Source: Myxococcota bacterium
GTDB lineage: Bacteria; Myxococcota_A; Polyangia; Polyangiales; Sandaracinaceae
NCBI GenBank assembly: GCA_036149055.1
Contig: JAYZQJ010000182.1
Location: 32,001-96,000 of the forward strand
Length of the DNA: 64,000 nucleotides
Reading direction: 5' to 3'
Each line of letters starts with the position of its first letter. The first letter of the stretch is position 1. The notes under the pieces were generated by a model. That model did not search any database and was not told the origin of the DNA. It saw only the letters and a program-made list of their open reading frames with translations. Positions 43,663 to 52,833 of the stretch are shown here, piece by piece. A program made the translations under genes and the position numbers.

Positions 43663-44625
43663 TTACGGCCGCTGCGCGGGTCGCAGGCCGAGCAGCGCGA
43701 CCGCGTCGAAGCGCGCCGCGCCGTGCTGGAGGACCGGCGCCACCCGGGCGAAGGGCAGCTCGGGCGCGACGGCCAGGGTCAGCCGGCTGCGGGGCGCGCG
43801 GGCGGCGAGGCGCGCCACGCAGCGGGAGAGGGCCTCGGCCGGGGCGTCGCCGTCGAAGGTGAGCGTGAGCGCCTCGGCGGCGTCGCGCTCGCACCCCGGG
43901 GCCTGCAGGGTCTCACCGATCCAGGCGCGCACCCGCTCCTCCTCGAGCTCCAGCCGCGCGGTCGGCGGCGGCGCGGGCGGGGCCTCGGCCGGGGTCTCGG
44001 CGGGCGCGCCCGCCGCCGCGAGCAGCTCCGCGATCTCGTCCTCGCTCAGCCGCCCCTCGCTGGGCGCGGGGGGCCACGGCATCATGCGGTCGCCGTCCTC
44101 GCCCTCGAGGATGAGCCGGGGCGCGCCGTAGCCCGCCATCGAGGCCGAGAGCAGCACCCGCTGCACCTGCGCGAAGGGCACGTCGCCGTCGACGCGCAGG
44201 TTGTAGACGCCGGCCCCCGAGCCCGAGCCGCTCGCCGACGCCTCCGCCCGGCGAGCCCGGGACAGGATGGGCTCGAGCTGCGGCAGCCGGGTCGGGCCCG
44301 CGGTCGGCGCCTCCAGGGTCTCGTCGAGCCGCGGCCAGTCGACCGCGCCCTCCGGCGCCGACGCGCGCGCCGCCGCGAGGGCGGGCTCCGGCCAGGTCCC
44401 CACCAGGGCGTGGTTGCGGACCCGGATGGCCTCCGCGCGCACGTGCACCTCGGTGGCCGGGGTAGCCGGCGCGAGGTCATCGAGGGCTGCGCGGACGGGC
44501 GCGGGCGGCGCCTCGGCCGGGGGCGCGTCTCCGAGCGCTGGCGTCCGGGCGTCGGCCCCGCCGCAGCTGCCCGGCGCGCAGGACCCGAAGAGGCTCAGGG
44601 CCAGGATCAGCGGCAGGCGCTCCAC
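43663..44625 (-). CDS. Lipoprotein with two ExbD/TolR-like periplasmic domains
   Basis: LFGSC lipobox; LRVDGDVPFAQVQRVL..A..AGY and LAVAPELPFARVAPVL motifs. Confidence 0.55.
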   Translation of the reverse strand: MERLPLILALSLFGSCAPGSCGGADARTPALGDAPPAEAPPAPVRAALDDLAPATPATEVHVRAEAIRVRNHALVGTWPEPALAAARASAPEGAVDWPRLDETLEAPTAGPTRLPQLEPILSRARRAEASASGSGSGAGVYNLRVDGDVPFAQVQRVLLSASMAGYGAPRLILEGEDGDRMMPWPPAPSEGRLSEDEIAELLAAAGAPAETPAEAPPAPPPTARLELEEERVRAWIGETLQAPGCERDAAEALTLTFDGDAPAEALSRCVARLAARAPRSRLTLAVAPELPFARVAPVLQHGAARFDAVALLGLRPAQRP

Positions 44626-45239
44626 AGCCCCTCGTTCGCGGAGCGCGCCGCGGCCTCGTCGGCGCGGAAGCTGGACTGCCACGTCCGGTTGTCGCCCACG
44701 CCGAGCTCGGTGGCGAACCCGCGGCGCAGCATCTGCCGCTCCCACATGTCGCCCTCGCCGGTGCCGATGTGCACGTAGGCGAGCACCCGGTCGAAGCGGT
44801 CGAAGCACTCGCCGTCGAAGGTCAGCCAAACGAGGTGATCCTCGAGCTGCTCGGTGAAGGCGCGGGCGTCGTCGCCGTAGCACTCGGCCGGCATCCCGTC
44901 GTGCGCGATCTCCGGCGTGTCGATGCCGATCATGCGCACCGGCGCGTCGAAGACCTCGCTGATCCCGTCGACCCGGATCGTGTCCCCGTCGGTCACGCGG
45001 TAGACGCGCCCCAGCACCGGCGCGCGGCACGGCGCGCTCCCTCTCGGCAGCACCCGCGGATCGATGACCTCGAGGCGCGCGTCGTCGAAGGTGATCGCGC
45101 TCTCGTAGTCGTTGTCCGGCGCGGGCCCCACCCCGGCGTCGGACGTCGGCGGCGGCGGCCCCGCGTCGGTGGGGGTGCCGACCTGGCGAGGGCAGCCGGT
45201 GAGGGTGAGCGCACAGAGCAGCAGCGCGGAGCGAGTCAT
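44607..45239 (-). CDS. Thermonuclease (SNase) family lipoprotein
   Basis: LTGC lipobox; VTDGDTI, VRMIGIDTPE, DRFDRVLAYV, GLWSAC. Confidence 0.9.
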   Translation of the reverse strand: MTRSALLLCALTLTGCPRQVGTPTDAGPPPPTSDAGVGPAPDNDYESAITFDDARLEVIDPRVLPRGSAPCRAPVLGRVYRVTDGDTIRVDGISEVFDAPVRMIGIDTPEIAHDGMPAECYGDDARAFTEQLEDHLVWLTFDGECFDRFDRVLAYVHIGTGEGDMWERQMLRRGFATELGVGDNRTWQSSFRADEAAARSANEGLWSACR

Positions 45240-45256
45240 CGAACGAAGAGGCTACT

Positions 45257-45478
45257 TCAGGGCAGCAGCCGCCGCACCCGCTCCGTCCACCGCGTCCAGA
45301 GGCCCGGTCGCGCGCGCTCGGTCCGGCGCGCGTCGACCCAGGCCCGCTTGGCCTGCAGCGTCTCCCGGACCCGGCGCGAGGTCTCCGGGTCGAGGCCCGG
45401 CGCGCAGCCCGCCTCGAGGCCCTGGAGCCACGCGTCTTGCTCGGCTTGCAGCCGCCGCCGCTTCTCATCCAGCGACAC
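45257..45478 (-). CDS. Small MNIO-associated protein (resembles ends of SCO6045-type C-terminal partner domain)
   Basis: LQAEQDAWLQGL.AG..PGLDP…TLQAKRA…PGLW.RW; overlaps DUF692 stop. Confidence 0.55.
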   Translation of the reverse strand: MSLDEKRRRLQAEQDAWLQGLEAGCAPGLDPETSRRVRETLQAKRAWVDARRTERARPGLWTRWTERVRRLLP

Positions 45479-46292
45479 GTCGCGCCTCCTCTCCGTCGCG
45501 TCGCCAGGCCGCGTCGATCGCGTCGAGCTCCTGGTAGAGGGCCTCGCGCGAGCCGAAGCCGTCGTCGCGCTCCAGCAGGGTCGGCAGGCGGAGCCCGCGC
45601 CGGGCGAGCGAGGCGAGCAGCGCGAGGGGCCCCTCCGACACGGGGTGCGCGTGGGTGTCGCGGTAGACTTCTCCGCACCACGCCCCGCCGGCCACGTGCA
45701 CGTAGGCGACGCGCTCGAGCGGGTAGCGGTCGAGCCACGCCTCGACGTCCCAGCCGAAGTTGAGGGCGTTGGCGTGGAGGTTGGAGACGTCGAGCAGGAG
45801 CTTGCAGCCGGTCCGCAGGGTCAGCGTGCGCAGGAAGCTCGCCTCGTCCATCGTTCCAGACGCCTCGTACAGCTGGGCGATGTTCTCGATCGCGATCGGC
45901 AGCCCGAGCGCGTCCTGGGCGCGCAGCACGTTGTCGACCACCACGTCGAGCGCGTCCGCGGTCCGGCGCACCGGCAGGAGGTGCTCGGTCTCGACCCCGC
46001 CGCCGCGCACGAAGGCCAGGTGCTCGCTGACGAAGGGCGCGTCGAGCCGGGTCGCCACCTCGCGCAGCCGGGCCAGGCGCCGGGGGCACGGCGGGTCGCC
46101 GCTGCCGAGGGAGAGCGAGACCCCGTGCGGGATGATCGGGACCCCGCGGTCGAGCAGCGCGCGCAGCGGCGCCGGGATCGGCCCGCGCGTCGGCACGCTC
46201 TCGGCGATGACCTCGGTGAGCGCGAGGTCCGCGCGCCGCTCGCACGCCCAGGCGGTCTCCGGGCGCCAGCCGAGCCCGACGCCCGGCCTCAC
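45465..46292 (-). CDS. Second DUF692 family MNIO
   Basis: GVGLGWR, EVIAE, PHGVSLSLG, SEHLAF, HLLP, ENIA, LLDVSNL.AN, HVAGG, DTH.H, LERD. Confidence 0.93.
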   Translation of the reverse strand: MRPGVGLGWRPETAWACERRADLALTEVIAESVPTRGPIPAPLRALLDRGVPIIPHGVSLSLGSGDPPCPRRLARLREVATRLDAPFVSEHLAFVRGGGVETEHLLPVRRTADALDVVVDNVLRAQDALGLPIAIENIAQLYEASGTMDEASFLRTLTLRTGCKLLLDVSNLHANALNFGWDVEAWLDRYPLERVAYVHVAGGAWCGEVYRDTHAHPVSEGPLALLASLARRGLRLPTLLERDDGFGSREALYQELDAIDAAWRRDGEEARRVAG

Positions 46293-47230
46293 GAGCAGCC
46301 CCCGCAGCCGCCGCACCCGCCGCCGCAGCCCCCGCCGCACCCGCCGCCGCAGCTCGAGCAGCTCGATCCGCAGCTCGAGCCGGACGAGATGAACCCGCTC
46401 GACGCCACCACCGGCGCCGGGAAGAAGGCCGGCAGCACCGCGAGGCCGCCGCCGAGCGCCGCCGCGCCGAACACCCCGGCGGCGAGCGCGACCTCGTGGC
46501 TCCCGAGCTGCTCGGGCGCGCTCCGGGCGGTGGCCTCGAGGGCGGCGTTCTCCGCCGCCAGATCCGAGAGCAGCGCGTCGGCCCGGGCGGTCCTCGCCTT
46601 GCGGCGCCGGACGAGGAGCGCGGCGACGATGGAGACCGCGACGAGGAAGAGCAGGAAGCCGATCGGTCGCCCGCGCGAGAGGCCGACCGCCATCTTGGCC
46701 AGGCCGAGCAGCGAGAGCCCGATCAGCGGCGCGCGCACGATCAGGTTCCGCATCCGCAGCTGGCTCTTGCTGAGCAGGAGCCCGAAGCCGCGGAGGGCGC
46801 GCTCGTTCTCGTCTCGCCACGCGGCGGCGGCCAGCTGGAGGTCGAGGCGCGACGCGCCGAGCTCGTCGGTCGCCGCCTGGAGCACGACGTGATCGAGGGG
46901 GTGCTCGCCCGCCGCGGCGACGGAGCCGCGATAGGTCCCGTCGGGCCGCGCGCCGCCGTGCGGCGTCTTCGTCCGGTACACGCGATCGTCGCGCATCTCG
47001 ATCAGCCCCCGGTGCATCAAGGCGGCGACGGAGGCGCTCAGCGCCCCGGCGAGGTCGCCGCGCAGGAGCGCGATCGCGTAGGGGTGCAGCCGGTCGCGGT
47101 CGGCGGCGGAGAGGCGCGAGCGGGGCCAGCCGACCAGCTCCACCCAGAACAGGCCCCAGACGACCCCGACCCCGAGGCCCAGCGCGAAGAGGAGGAGGAA
47201 CGCCGGCCCCTTCAGGTCGAGCGGGTTCAC
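46289..47230 (-). CDS. TIGR04222-type membrane protein with Cys/Gly-rich C-terminal tail
   Basis: NPLDLKGPAFL, LHPYAIALLRG, GL.RGRPIGFL; tail SSGSSCGSSCSSCGGGCGGGCGGGCGGCGGCS. Confidence 0.85.
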   Translation of the reverse strand: MNPLDLKGPAFLLLFALGLGVGVVWGLFWVELVGWPRSRLSAADRDRLHPYAIALLRGDLAGALSASVAALMHRGLIEMRDDRVYRTKTPHGGARPDGTYRGSVAAAGEHPLDHVVLQAATDELGASRLDLQLAAAAWRDENERALRGFGLLLSKSQLRMRNLIVRAPLIGLSLLGLAKMAVGLSRGRPIGFLLFLVAVSIVAALLVRRRKARTARADALLSDLAAENAALEATARSAPEQLGSHEVALAAGVFGAAALGGGLAVLPAFFPAPVVASSGFISSGSSCGSSCSSCGGGCGGGCGGGCGGCGGCS

Positions 47231-47937
47231 GCCTCCTCCGCGCGATCGGCCAGCTCGATCGCCCGGGCCAGCAGCGCCAGCGCCTTCGCGTAGAGCCCCT
47301 CCGGGTCGGGCGGGATGCCGCCGTCGCGCTTCAGCGCCGCGAACGCGTCGAGGGTCGCGCCGTCCAGGTCGAGGCGCCCGCGCGCCGCCGCGTAGACGTC
47401 GCCTCCGCGGGGCTCGTCGAGCACGTCGAGGAGCGCCCCGAGCTCCAGCTGGAGCGAGCGAGCGGTGGCCCGGAGCGCCTCGTGGAGCCGCTCGGCCCCG
47501 CCGCGCGAGAAGACGGCGACGCGGCGCAGGCGCAGGAGGTGGTTGCGCAGCTCCTGCTCCACCCGGAGGCGGAGGTGCGCGCGCTCGACCTCGACCGCGC
47601 CGAAGGGGTCCTCGCCGAGCAGGACGTCGTGCGAGGCGGCGATGTCGGCCATCTTGATCGGGAAGACGTCCGCCACCCGCGCGACCTCGCCGCGCTCGAG
47701 CAGGAGCGCGTTGACGCGCGCCTCCCGGAACGCGGCGCGCAGCGGCTCGCCGATCGCGAAGAGCGCCTCCGCGCTCGCCTCCGGCAGGACCACCGCCACG
47801 TTGATGTCGCTGCGGCCCTCGACCCACTCGCCCTTGGCGAGGCTGCCGTAGACCACCACCGCGTCCGGCGCGTGCGGCTTCAGCCGCGAGACCAGGCGCT
47901 CGAGCGCCTCACGCGCCCGCTTCGGGTATGTCTCCAT
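47227..47937 (-). CDS. Nucleotidyltransferase-domain protein
   Basis: VVYGSLAKG…SDINV, DVFPI, LLGEDPF, LRLRVEQELR; RBS GGAGGAGG. Confidence 0.8.
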   Translation of the reverse strand: METYPKRAREALERLVSRLKPHAPDAVVVYGSLAKGEWVEGRSDINVAVVLPEASAEALFAIGEPLRAAFREARVNALLLERGEVARVADVFPIKMADIAASHDVLLGEDPFGAVEVERAHLRLRVEQELRNHLLRLRRVAVFSRGGAERLHEALRATARSLQLELGALLDVLDEPRGGDVYAAARGRLDLDGATLDAFAALKRDGGIPPDPEGLYAKALALLARAIELADRAEEA

Positions 47938-47985
47938 GCTCCCTCCTCCCGGGTACGAGAGTACACCGGGAGGAGCGCGCGGATT

Positions 47986-49740
47986 TCAGAACCGGAACTG
48001 GGCTTCGAGGCGCGCCTCGAACTCGGTCAGCGCGGCGTCGGGCTGCGCGTCGGGCGGGCGGCACTGGTCGCCGAAGACCTGCTGACACTCCATGTTCATC
48101 GCGAACAGGAGGCTCAGGATCCCGATGTTGCGGAAGTAGTACCAGTGGAGCGCGGTGCGCACCTGGAACTGCTCGATCGGCTGCCGGAACTGCGAGCTGA
48201 ACGCCGGCGTGACGCGCGGGTCGTACTCGAGGGGCACGAAGAAGCCGCCGACGTCGGCCGCGAACATCAGCGTCCGCGGCACGAGGAGCACGCTCGCCTG
48301 GAAGTTCCAGGCCGTCTGCAGGCCGTCGAAGTCGAGCACGTAGCGGCTGTAGCTCTCGGCGCGGAAGCCGAGGTGCCAGAAGCGCCAGACCGCGAACACG
48401 TTCCACGCCGCGTAGCGCTCCACCGGGCGCTGGTCGAAGCGCGCGCCGGCGATGACCGCGAGGGTCATCGGCACCTTCGTGTAGAGGAAGGGCGTGTCGA
48501 AGCGGTCGTAGCGGCCGATGAGGTTGAGCTGGATCTGGGCGCCGGTGCCGTAGCTGAAGTTGCGGTCCTCGCTCCGGAAGAAGCGGCCGCCGACGTTGCC
48601 GTTGAACTCGCCCGAGCCGCCGGCCGCGAACACGCGGAAGCGGAGCACGTTGTCGCTCGTGATCGGGCCGCCGACCTCGAGGGCCGCGCCGTTGCCCTGC
48701 TCGAAAGCGTTGAAGAGGTAGAACGGCGGGTCGAGCAGGGGCTGCTTCGACGTCGAGACGATGAGACCCGGGCTCAGGCCGCCGGAGCCGCTGTTGATGC
48801 TGAGGTAGTGACCCTCGTTCCCGATCGGGATGTTGAAGGTCGCGAACGTCATGCGCAGCGTGCGCTCGGCGCGGAGGTTGATGAGGAAGAACGAGTTCTG
48901 GATGAACGGGATCGGGCCGAGGGCGCGGAGCTGGATCCGCGTGAAGCGCACGTCGCCGGTCGGGTCGGTGTACTCGCTGAAGCCGTCGCCATCGAGGTCG
49001 GGCGTCTCGTCGATCCGGAGGCTGGCCGCGATGCCGGCGACCACGCTGAAGCGGATGCCGGGCGAGCTCGAGCAGACGGTCACGCTCGGGTCGAAGCGGC
49101 AGCCGAAGTCCTGACAGTCGGTGCGGCCGTCGTCGTCGTTGTCCACGCCGTCCGAGCACAGGTAGTCGTTGCGCTCGCCGTCGGCGTCGTCGCCGCGGCC
49201 GATGAGGTCCTCGACGCTCATGTCGCCGCTGAGCTCGGGGATCTCGTCGGCGCCGGCCTGGGTCGAGGCCCCGCCGCCGCCCGAGACCGAGCCCTGCCAC
49301 GAGCCCGAGCAGACGGTGATGCCCGGCGTGCTCGCGCAGTCGTCGTCCTCACAGTCGACCGCGCCGTCGCCGTCGTTGTCGATCCAGTCGCTGCAGCGGT
49401 CGTTGGTCCGCTCCTGCTCGCCGCCCGCCTGGCAGTGGGGATGGTCGAAGCAGTCCGCGTCGGCGCAGTCGGCGAGCCCGTCGCCGTCCTGGTCCTGCCG
49501 GTCGTCGCACACGGTCTCGGTGGTGGCGCGCGGCGTCTGCGTCTGCGGCTCGGGCTGCCCCGAGAAGACGAGGTTGGGGTCGCTCTCCGCGGGCTCCTCC
49601 GGCGGCGGCGTCGCGGGGCCCGTGCCCTCGCCCGTGCCCGGCCCGACCGGCTCGGTCGCCTCGTCCTGCGCGGCGACCACCGAGGCGCTCAGCGCCCCCA
49701 CCAGCAGCGCCCCGAGGACGCAGCTCACGATGCTCTTCAT
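47986..49740 (-). CDS. Outer-membrane beta-barrel (porin-like) protein with three N-terminal CxDGxDxDxDGxxDCxDxxC repeats
   Basis: Signal peptide; 3 Asp/Cys repeats; amphipathic strands; C-terminal RLEAQFRF Bam signal. Confidence 0.75.
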   Translation of the reverse strand: MKSIVSCVLGALLVGALSASVVAAQDEATEPVGPGTGEGTGPATPPPEEPAESDPNLVFSGQPEPQTQTPRATTETVCDDRQDQDGDGLADCADADCFDHPHCQAGGEQERTNDRCSDWIDNDGDGAVDCEDDDCASTPGITVCSGSWQGSVSGGGGASTQAGADEIPELSGDMSVEDLIGRGDDADGERNDYLCSDGVDNDDDGRTDCQDFGCRFDPSVTVCSSSPGIRFSVVAGIAASLRIDETPDLDGDGFSEYTDPTGDVRFTRIQLRALGPIPFIQNSFFLINLRAERTLRMTFATFNIPIGNEGHYLSINSGSGGLSPGLIVSTSKQPLLDPPFYLFNAFEQGNGAALEVGGPITSDNVLRFRVFAAGGSGEFNGNVGGRFFRSEDRNFSYGTGAQIQLNLIGRYDRFDTPFLYTKVPMTLAVIAGARFDQRPVERYAAWNVFAVWRFWHLGFRAESYSRYVLDFDGLQTAWNFQASVLLVPRTLMFAADVGGFFVPLEYDPRVTPAFSSQFRQPIEQFQVRTALHWYYFRNIGILSLLFAMNMECQQVFGDQCRPPDAQPDAALTEFEARLEAQFRF

Positions 49741-49772
49741 CCGACTCTCTCCACTCATCGCGGCGAACAACT

Positions 49773-51758
49773 TCAGGGGCAGACGAACTCGGAGCCCGCC
49801 GGGCCCGGTCGGCTACAGGACAGCGACGCACCGCAGTCGTCGTCGCTCGTGCAGGGCTGACCGGCGCGCTCACCGATCACGCAGGTCCGGCCGCCCGCGT
49901 AGCGGCAGAGCGGCGGGCAGACGCGCGTGCCGTCGGGGTTCCGGGCCGGGGTGCAGACGACGCTGCCGGGCTCGGTCTCCTCGAAGCAGTCGTCGTAGGT
50001 CATGCCGTCCGGCACCGCGACCGCGCGCGGGTTGTGGTTGCACTCCCAGTCTTCGCAGTCGGTGAACCCGTCGCGGTCCCCGTCGCGGCCGTCCATGCAG
50101 CTCCGCACGCTCATGGCCGCCTGCTCGGCGCAGGTCGCGGCCTGCACGGCCGAGCCCTCCTGGAAGTTCGAGTCCTCGTTGGCGAAGACGCTCTCCGCGC
50201 ACGGGCCGCGGATCGACAGGCACTGGCCGTCGAAGCAGGAGTCACCGGCCGGGCAGTCCGCGTCGGCGGTGCAGTGCTGTCGGCAGAGGTTCCGGAAGCC
50301 GCCGCCGGCGGACACCCGGTCGCAGGTCCAGCCGCTCGGGCAGTCCGGATCGGAGTTGCACGGGGCGCCGCAGACACCCTCGAGGCACTGGGTCGGCGAC
50401 GGGCAGTCGGCCGGGCCATCGCAGAAGCGCGTGCCGAGCACGAAGGTCTGGAATCGGCACGAGAAGTCCGCGCAGTCGGTGAAGCCGTTCTCGTCGTTGT
50501 CGACGCCGTCGATGCAGCGCTCGAAGGTCGTCTCGCTGGTCAGCGCGCAGAACTCGACCGCGTCCGGGTCGCCGTCGCGCGAGCAGGAGAAGTCGCCGCA
50601 GTCGGTGAAGCCGTCGCTGTCGTTGTCCTCACCGTCCATGCACTCGGCGAGGGTGCTCTCCTGGGCGTCGGCGCAGAACGCGGCCACCGCCGGGTCGGCG
50701 CCGGAGCCGACGTCGTTGCAGGAGAAGTCCTCGCAGTCCGGGAAGCCGTCGAAGTCGTCGTCGATCCCGTTGGTGCACTCGGCCATCGTCCGCTCCTGGC
50801 CGCAGCTCGGGTCGCTGCTGCAGTCGCGGTCGGCGCAGTCGGTGTTCCCGTCCGCGTCGTCGTCCTCGCCGTTGGTGCAGTTCTCGTCGGGCCGGCTGGC
50901 GCAGAACATGACCGCGGCCGGCGTCGCGCCGCGGCTCTCCATCGTGCAGGAGAAGTCGCCGCAGTCGGTGAAGCCGTTGCCGTCGTTGTCGTTGCCGTCC
51001 GAGCAGAGCTCGAGGGTGTGCTCGGGGCCCTGGCAGCGGGGGGCGTCGTAGCAGCTCGGGTCGGCGCAGTCGGTGCGGCCGTTGCCGTTGTCGTCGACCA
51101 TGTCGCCGCAGTCCGCCTCCGGCGGGCAGGACGGGGTGCCCTGGCAGCCCGGGTCGAAGCAGTCGCGGAGGCCGTCCATGTCGTCGTCGACGCCGTTGTC
51201 GCAGATCTCGAGGCTGCAGGCCGGGTCGTCGTCGCAGTCGTCGTCGCGGCAGTCGGCGAAGCGGTCGCCGTCGTCGTCGAGGCCGTTCGAGCAGTCGCGC
51301 TCGCGCTCGCACACCGTGACGAAGTCGTTGTTGCGGCAGCTGAAGTCCTGGCAGTCGGCGAAGCCGTTGCCGTCGTCGTCGATGCCGTTGCTGCAGGTCT
51401 CGTCGTCGACCTCGGTGAGGCAGCAGAGCTCCATGATCGCCTGGCAGCCGCGGTCGCCGCAGTCGAACTGGCCGTCCTCGTCGTCGTCGATGCCGTTGCT
51501 GCAGAGCTCGAAGGTGTTCTCGACGCCGAGCGGCGGCGTGAGCGGGATCTGCTCGCCGCAGTGCCCGTTCATCAGGCAGTCGGAGTCCTGGCAGTCGATG
51601 CGGCCGTCCTGGTCGTCGTCGCGACCGTTGGCGCAGCTGAGCTCGTCGGTCTCGTAGCCGGCCGGCGGCGGGCGATCGATGACTCCGTCACCGTCGAAGT
51701 CGAGCGTGAAGCAGCCGCCCGCCGTCAGGGCGAGCACGATGGGGAGCGCGCGACGCAT
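49773..51758 (-). CDS. Cys/Asp-rich repeat lipoprotein (12 putative Ca-binding repeats)
   Basis: LTAGGC lipobox; 12 copies of CxN/DGxDD/NDxD/NGxxDCxDxxC plus EGF-like Cys clusters. Confidence 0.85.
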   Translation of the reverse strand: MRRALPIVLALTAGGCFTLDFDGDGVIDRPPPAGYETDELSCANGRDDDQDGRIDCQDSDCLMNGHCGEQIPLTPPLGVENTFELCSNGIDDDEDGQFDCGDRGCQAIMELCCLTEVDDETCSNGIDDDGNGFADCQDFSCRNNDFVTVCERERDCSNGLDDDGDRFADCRDDDCDDDPACSLEICDNGVDDDMDGLRDCFDPGCQGTPSCPPEADCGDMVDDNGNGRTDCADPSCYDAPRCQGPEHTLELCSDGNDNDGNGFTDCGDFSCTMESRGATPAAVMFCASRPDENCTNGEDDDADGNTDCADRDCSSDPSCGQERTMAECTNGIDDDFDGFPDCEDFSCNDVGSGADPAVAAFCADAQESTLAECMDGEDNDSDGFTDCGDFSCSRDGDPDAVEFCALTSETTFERCIDGVDNDENGFTDCADFSCRFQTFVLGTRFCDGPADCPSPTQCLEGVCGAPCNSDPDCPSGWTCDRVSAGGGFRNLCRQHCTADADCPAGDSCFDGQCLSIRGPCAESVFANEDSNFQEGSAVQAATCAEQAAMSVRSCMDGRDGDRDGFTDCEDWECNHNPRAVAVPDGMTYDDCFEETEPGSVVCTPARNPDGTRVCPPLCRYAGGRTCVIGERAGQPCTSDDDCGASLSCSRPGPAGSEFVCP

Positions 51759-52774
51759 CAGTGTCCCTCTCCGTGGCCCCAGTCGCCGTGTCCGCGCAGG
51801 CACTCCGCGCGGTCGCGACCGTAGCGCCGCTCGAACGGCACGTGGAGCATGCACGAGCCCCGCTCGGTGCGGGTCTCGCCGAGCTCACCCGCCTGCTGCA
51901 TCGCGCGGATCCGCTGCTCGACGAGCGGCCGGGCCGGGCCCTGCAGGTACTCGGGCAGCTCTCCGATGCGGTGGAAGCGCGAGACGAACTCGACGAGGTG
52001 CAGGTTGGCGAAGTCGGCCAGGAGCGGCGCGAGCTCGGGGTCGGCGCGGAGCCGGCGGGCCGCCTCGGTCACCCGCGGCACGTCGACCCGGATCTCCTCG
52101 TTGCAGACCCAGCTGCACTCCTCGTAGGTCTCGCGGTGCTGCATCGACTCCGAGTGGCCGTCGCGCACCGAGATGAGGCGGTTGTAGTGCCACTCCCGGC
52201 TCGGATCCTCGTCGGCCGAGTGGATGGAGGTCATCACGTAGTCGGGCACGCCGTGGGCCCACATGCCGCGGCGGTTCCGGATGGCCTCCTGCTGGGCGCG
52301 CAGGTACGCGGGCGGCGACGGGGTGTCGTCGGCCTGGTAGGCGTGCGCGTAGCCGCGGCGGATCTGATCGACCGCGAGGTCCGGGCAGATCATCAGCACG
52401 CGGCCGTAGGTGTCGGTCGAGCCGTCGGTGGTGCAATGCCAGGTGCCGCGGCGACCGTTGTAGGTCGCCATCTTGGCGTTGATGTAGAGCTCGTAGGGGT
52501 GCCAATCGCCCCACTGGTGCCCGGGCCCGAAGGACTCGAGGGTGTTGAAGCCGGCGAGGCGGCACTGGCTGCCGCGGTACTCGCCGCCGAACACGCGGAA
52601 GGAGTCGCCGTCGTTGAAGCGAACGGGGACCGGCGTGCCGTTGATGAACACGCGGGTGTAGGCGTCGCCGAAGACGGGACTGGGCCCGGTCGTCATCACC
52701 GCGAGGCCGAGGGCGACGGCGGCGAGGAGGAATCCCAGGGATCGAGCGGAGAATCGAGAGGAGAAACGAGGCAT
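51758..52774 (-). CDS. Exported thermonuclease (SNase)-like protein
   Basis: N-terminal signal/TM; FNDGDSF, CRLAGFNTLE, DTYGRVL, AQQEA..NRRGMW. Confidence 0.8.
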   Translation of the reverse strand: MPRFSSRFSARSLGFLLAAVALGLAVMTTGPSPVFGDAYTRVFINGTPVPVRFNDGDSFRVFGGEYRGSQCRLAGFNTLESFGPGHQWGDWHPYELYINAKMATYNGRRGTWHCTTDGSTDTYGRVLMICPDLAVDQIRRGYAHAYQADDTPSPPAYLRAQQEAIRNRRGMWAHGVPDYVMTSIHSADEDPSREWHYNRLISVRDGHSESMQHRETYEECSWVCNEEIRVDVPRVTEAARRLRADPELAPLLADFANLHLVEFVSRFHRIGELPEYLQGPARPLVEQRIRAMQQAGELGETRTERGSCMLHVPFERRYGRDRAECLRGHGDWGHGEGH

Positions 52775-52833
52775 GTTGGCGCGATGAGGCTGCGTCCCCC
52801 GGGGGCGCATCGAAGGCGATCGAAGCCCGCCTG

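Noticed and set aside
47227..47937. MNT-HEPN toxin-antitoxin or CBASS cyclase
   Set aside because: No HEPN RxxxxH partner or CBASS effector adjacent; motif is SDIN and matches a common stand-alone NTase family.
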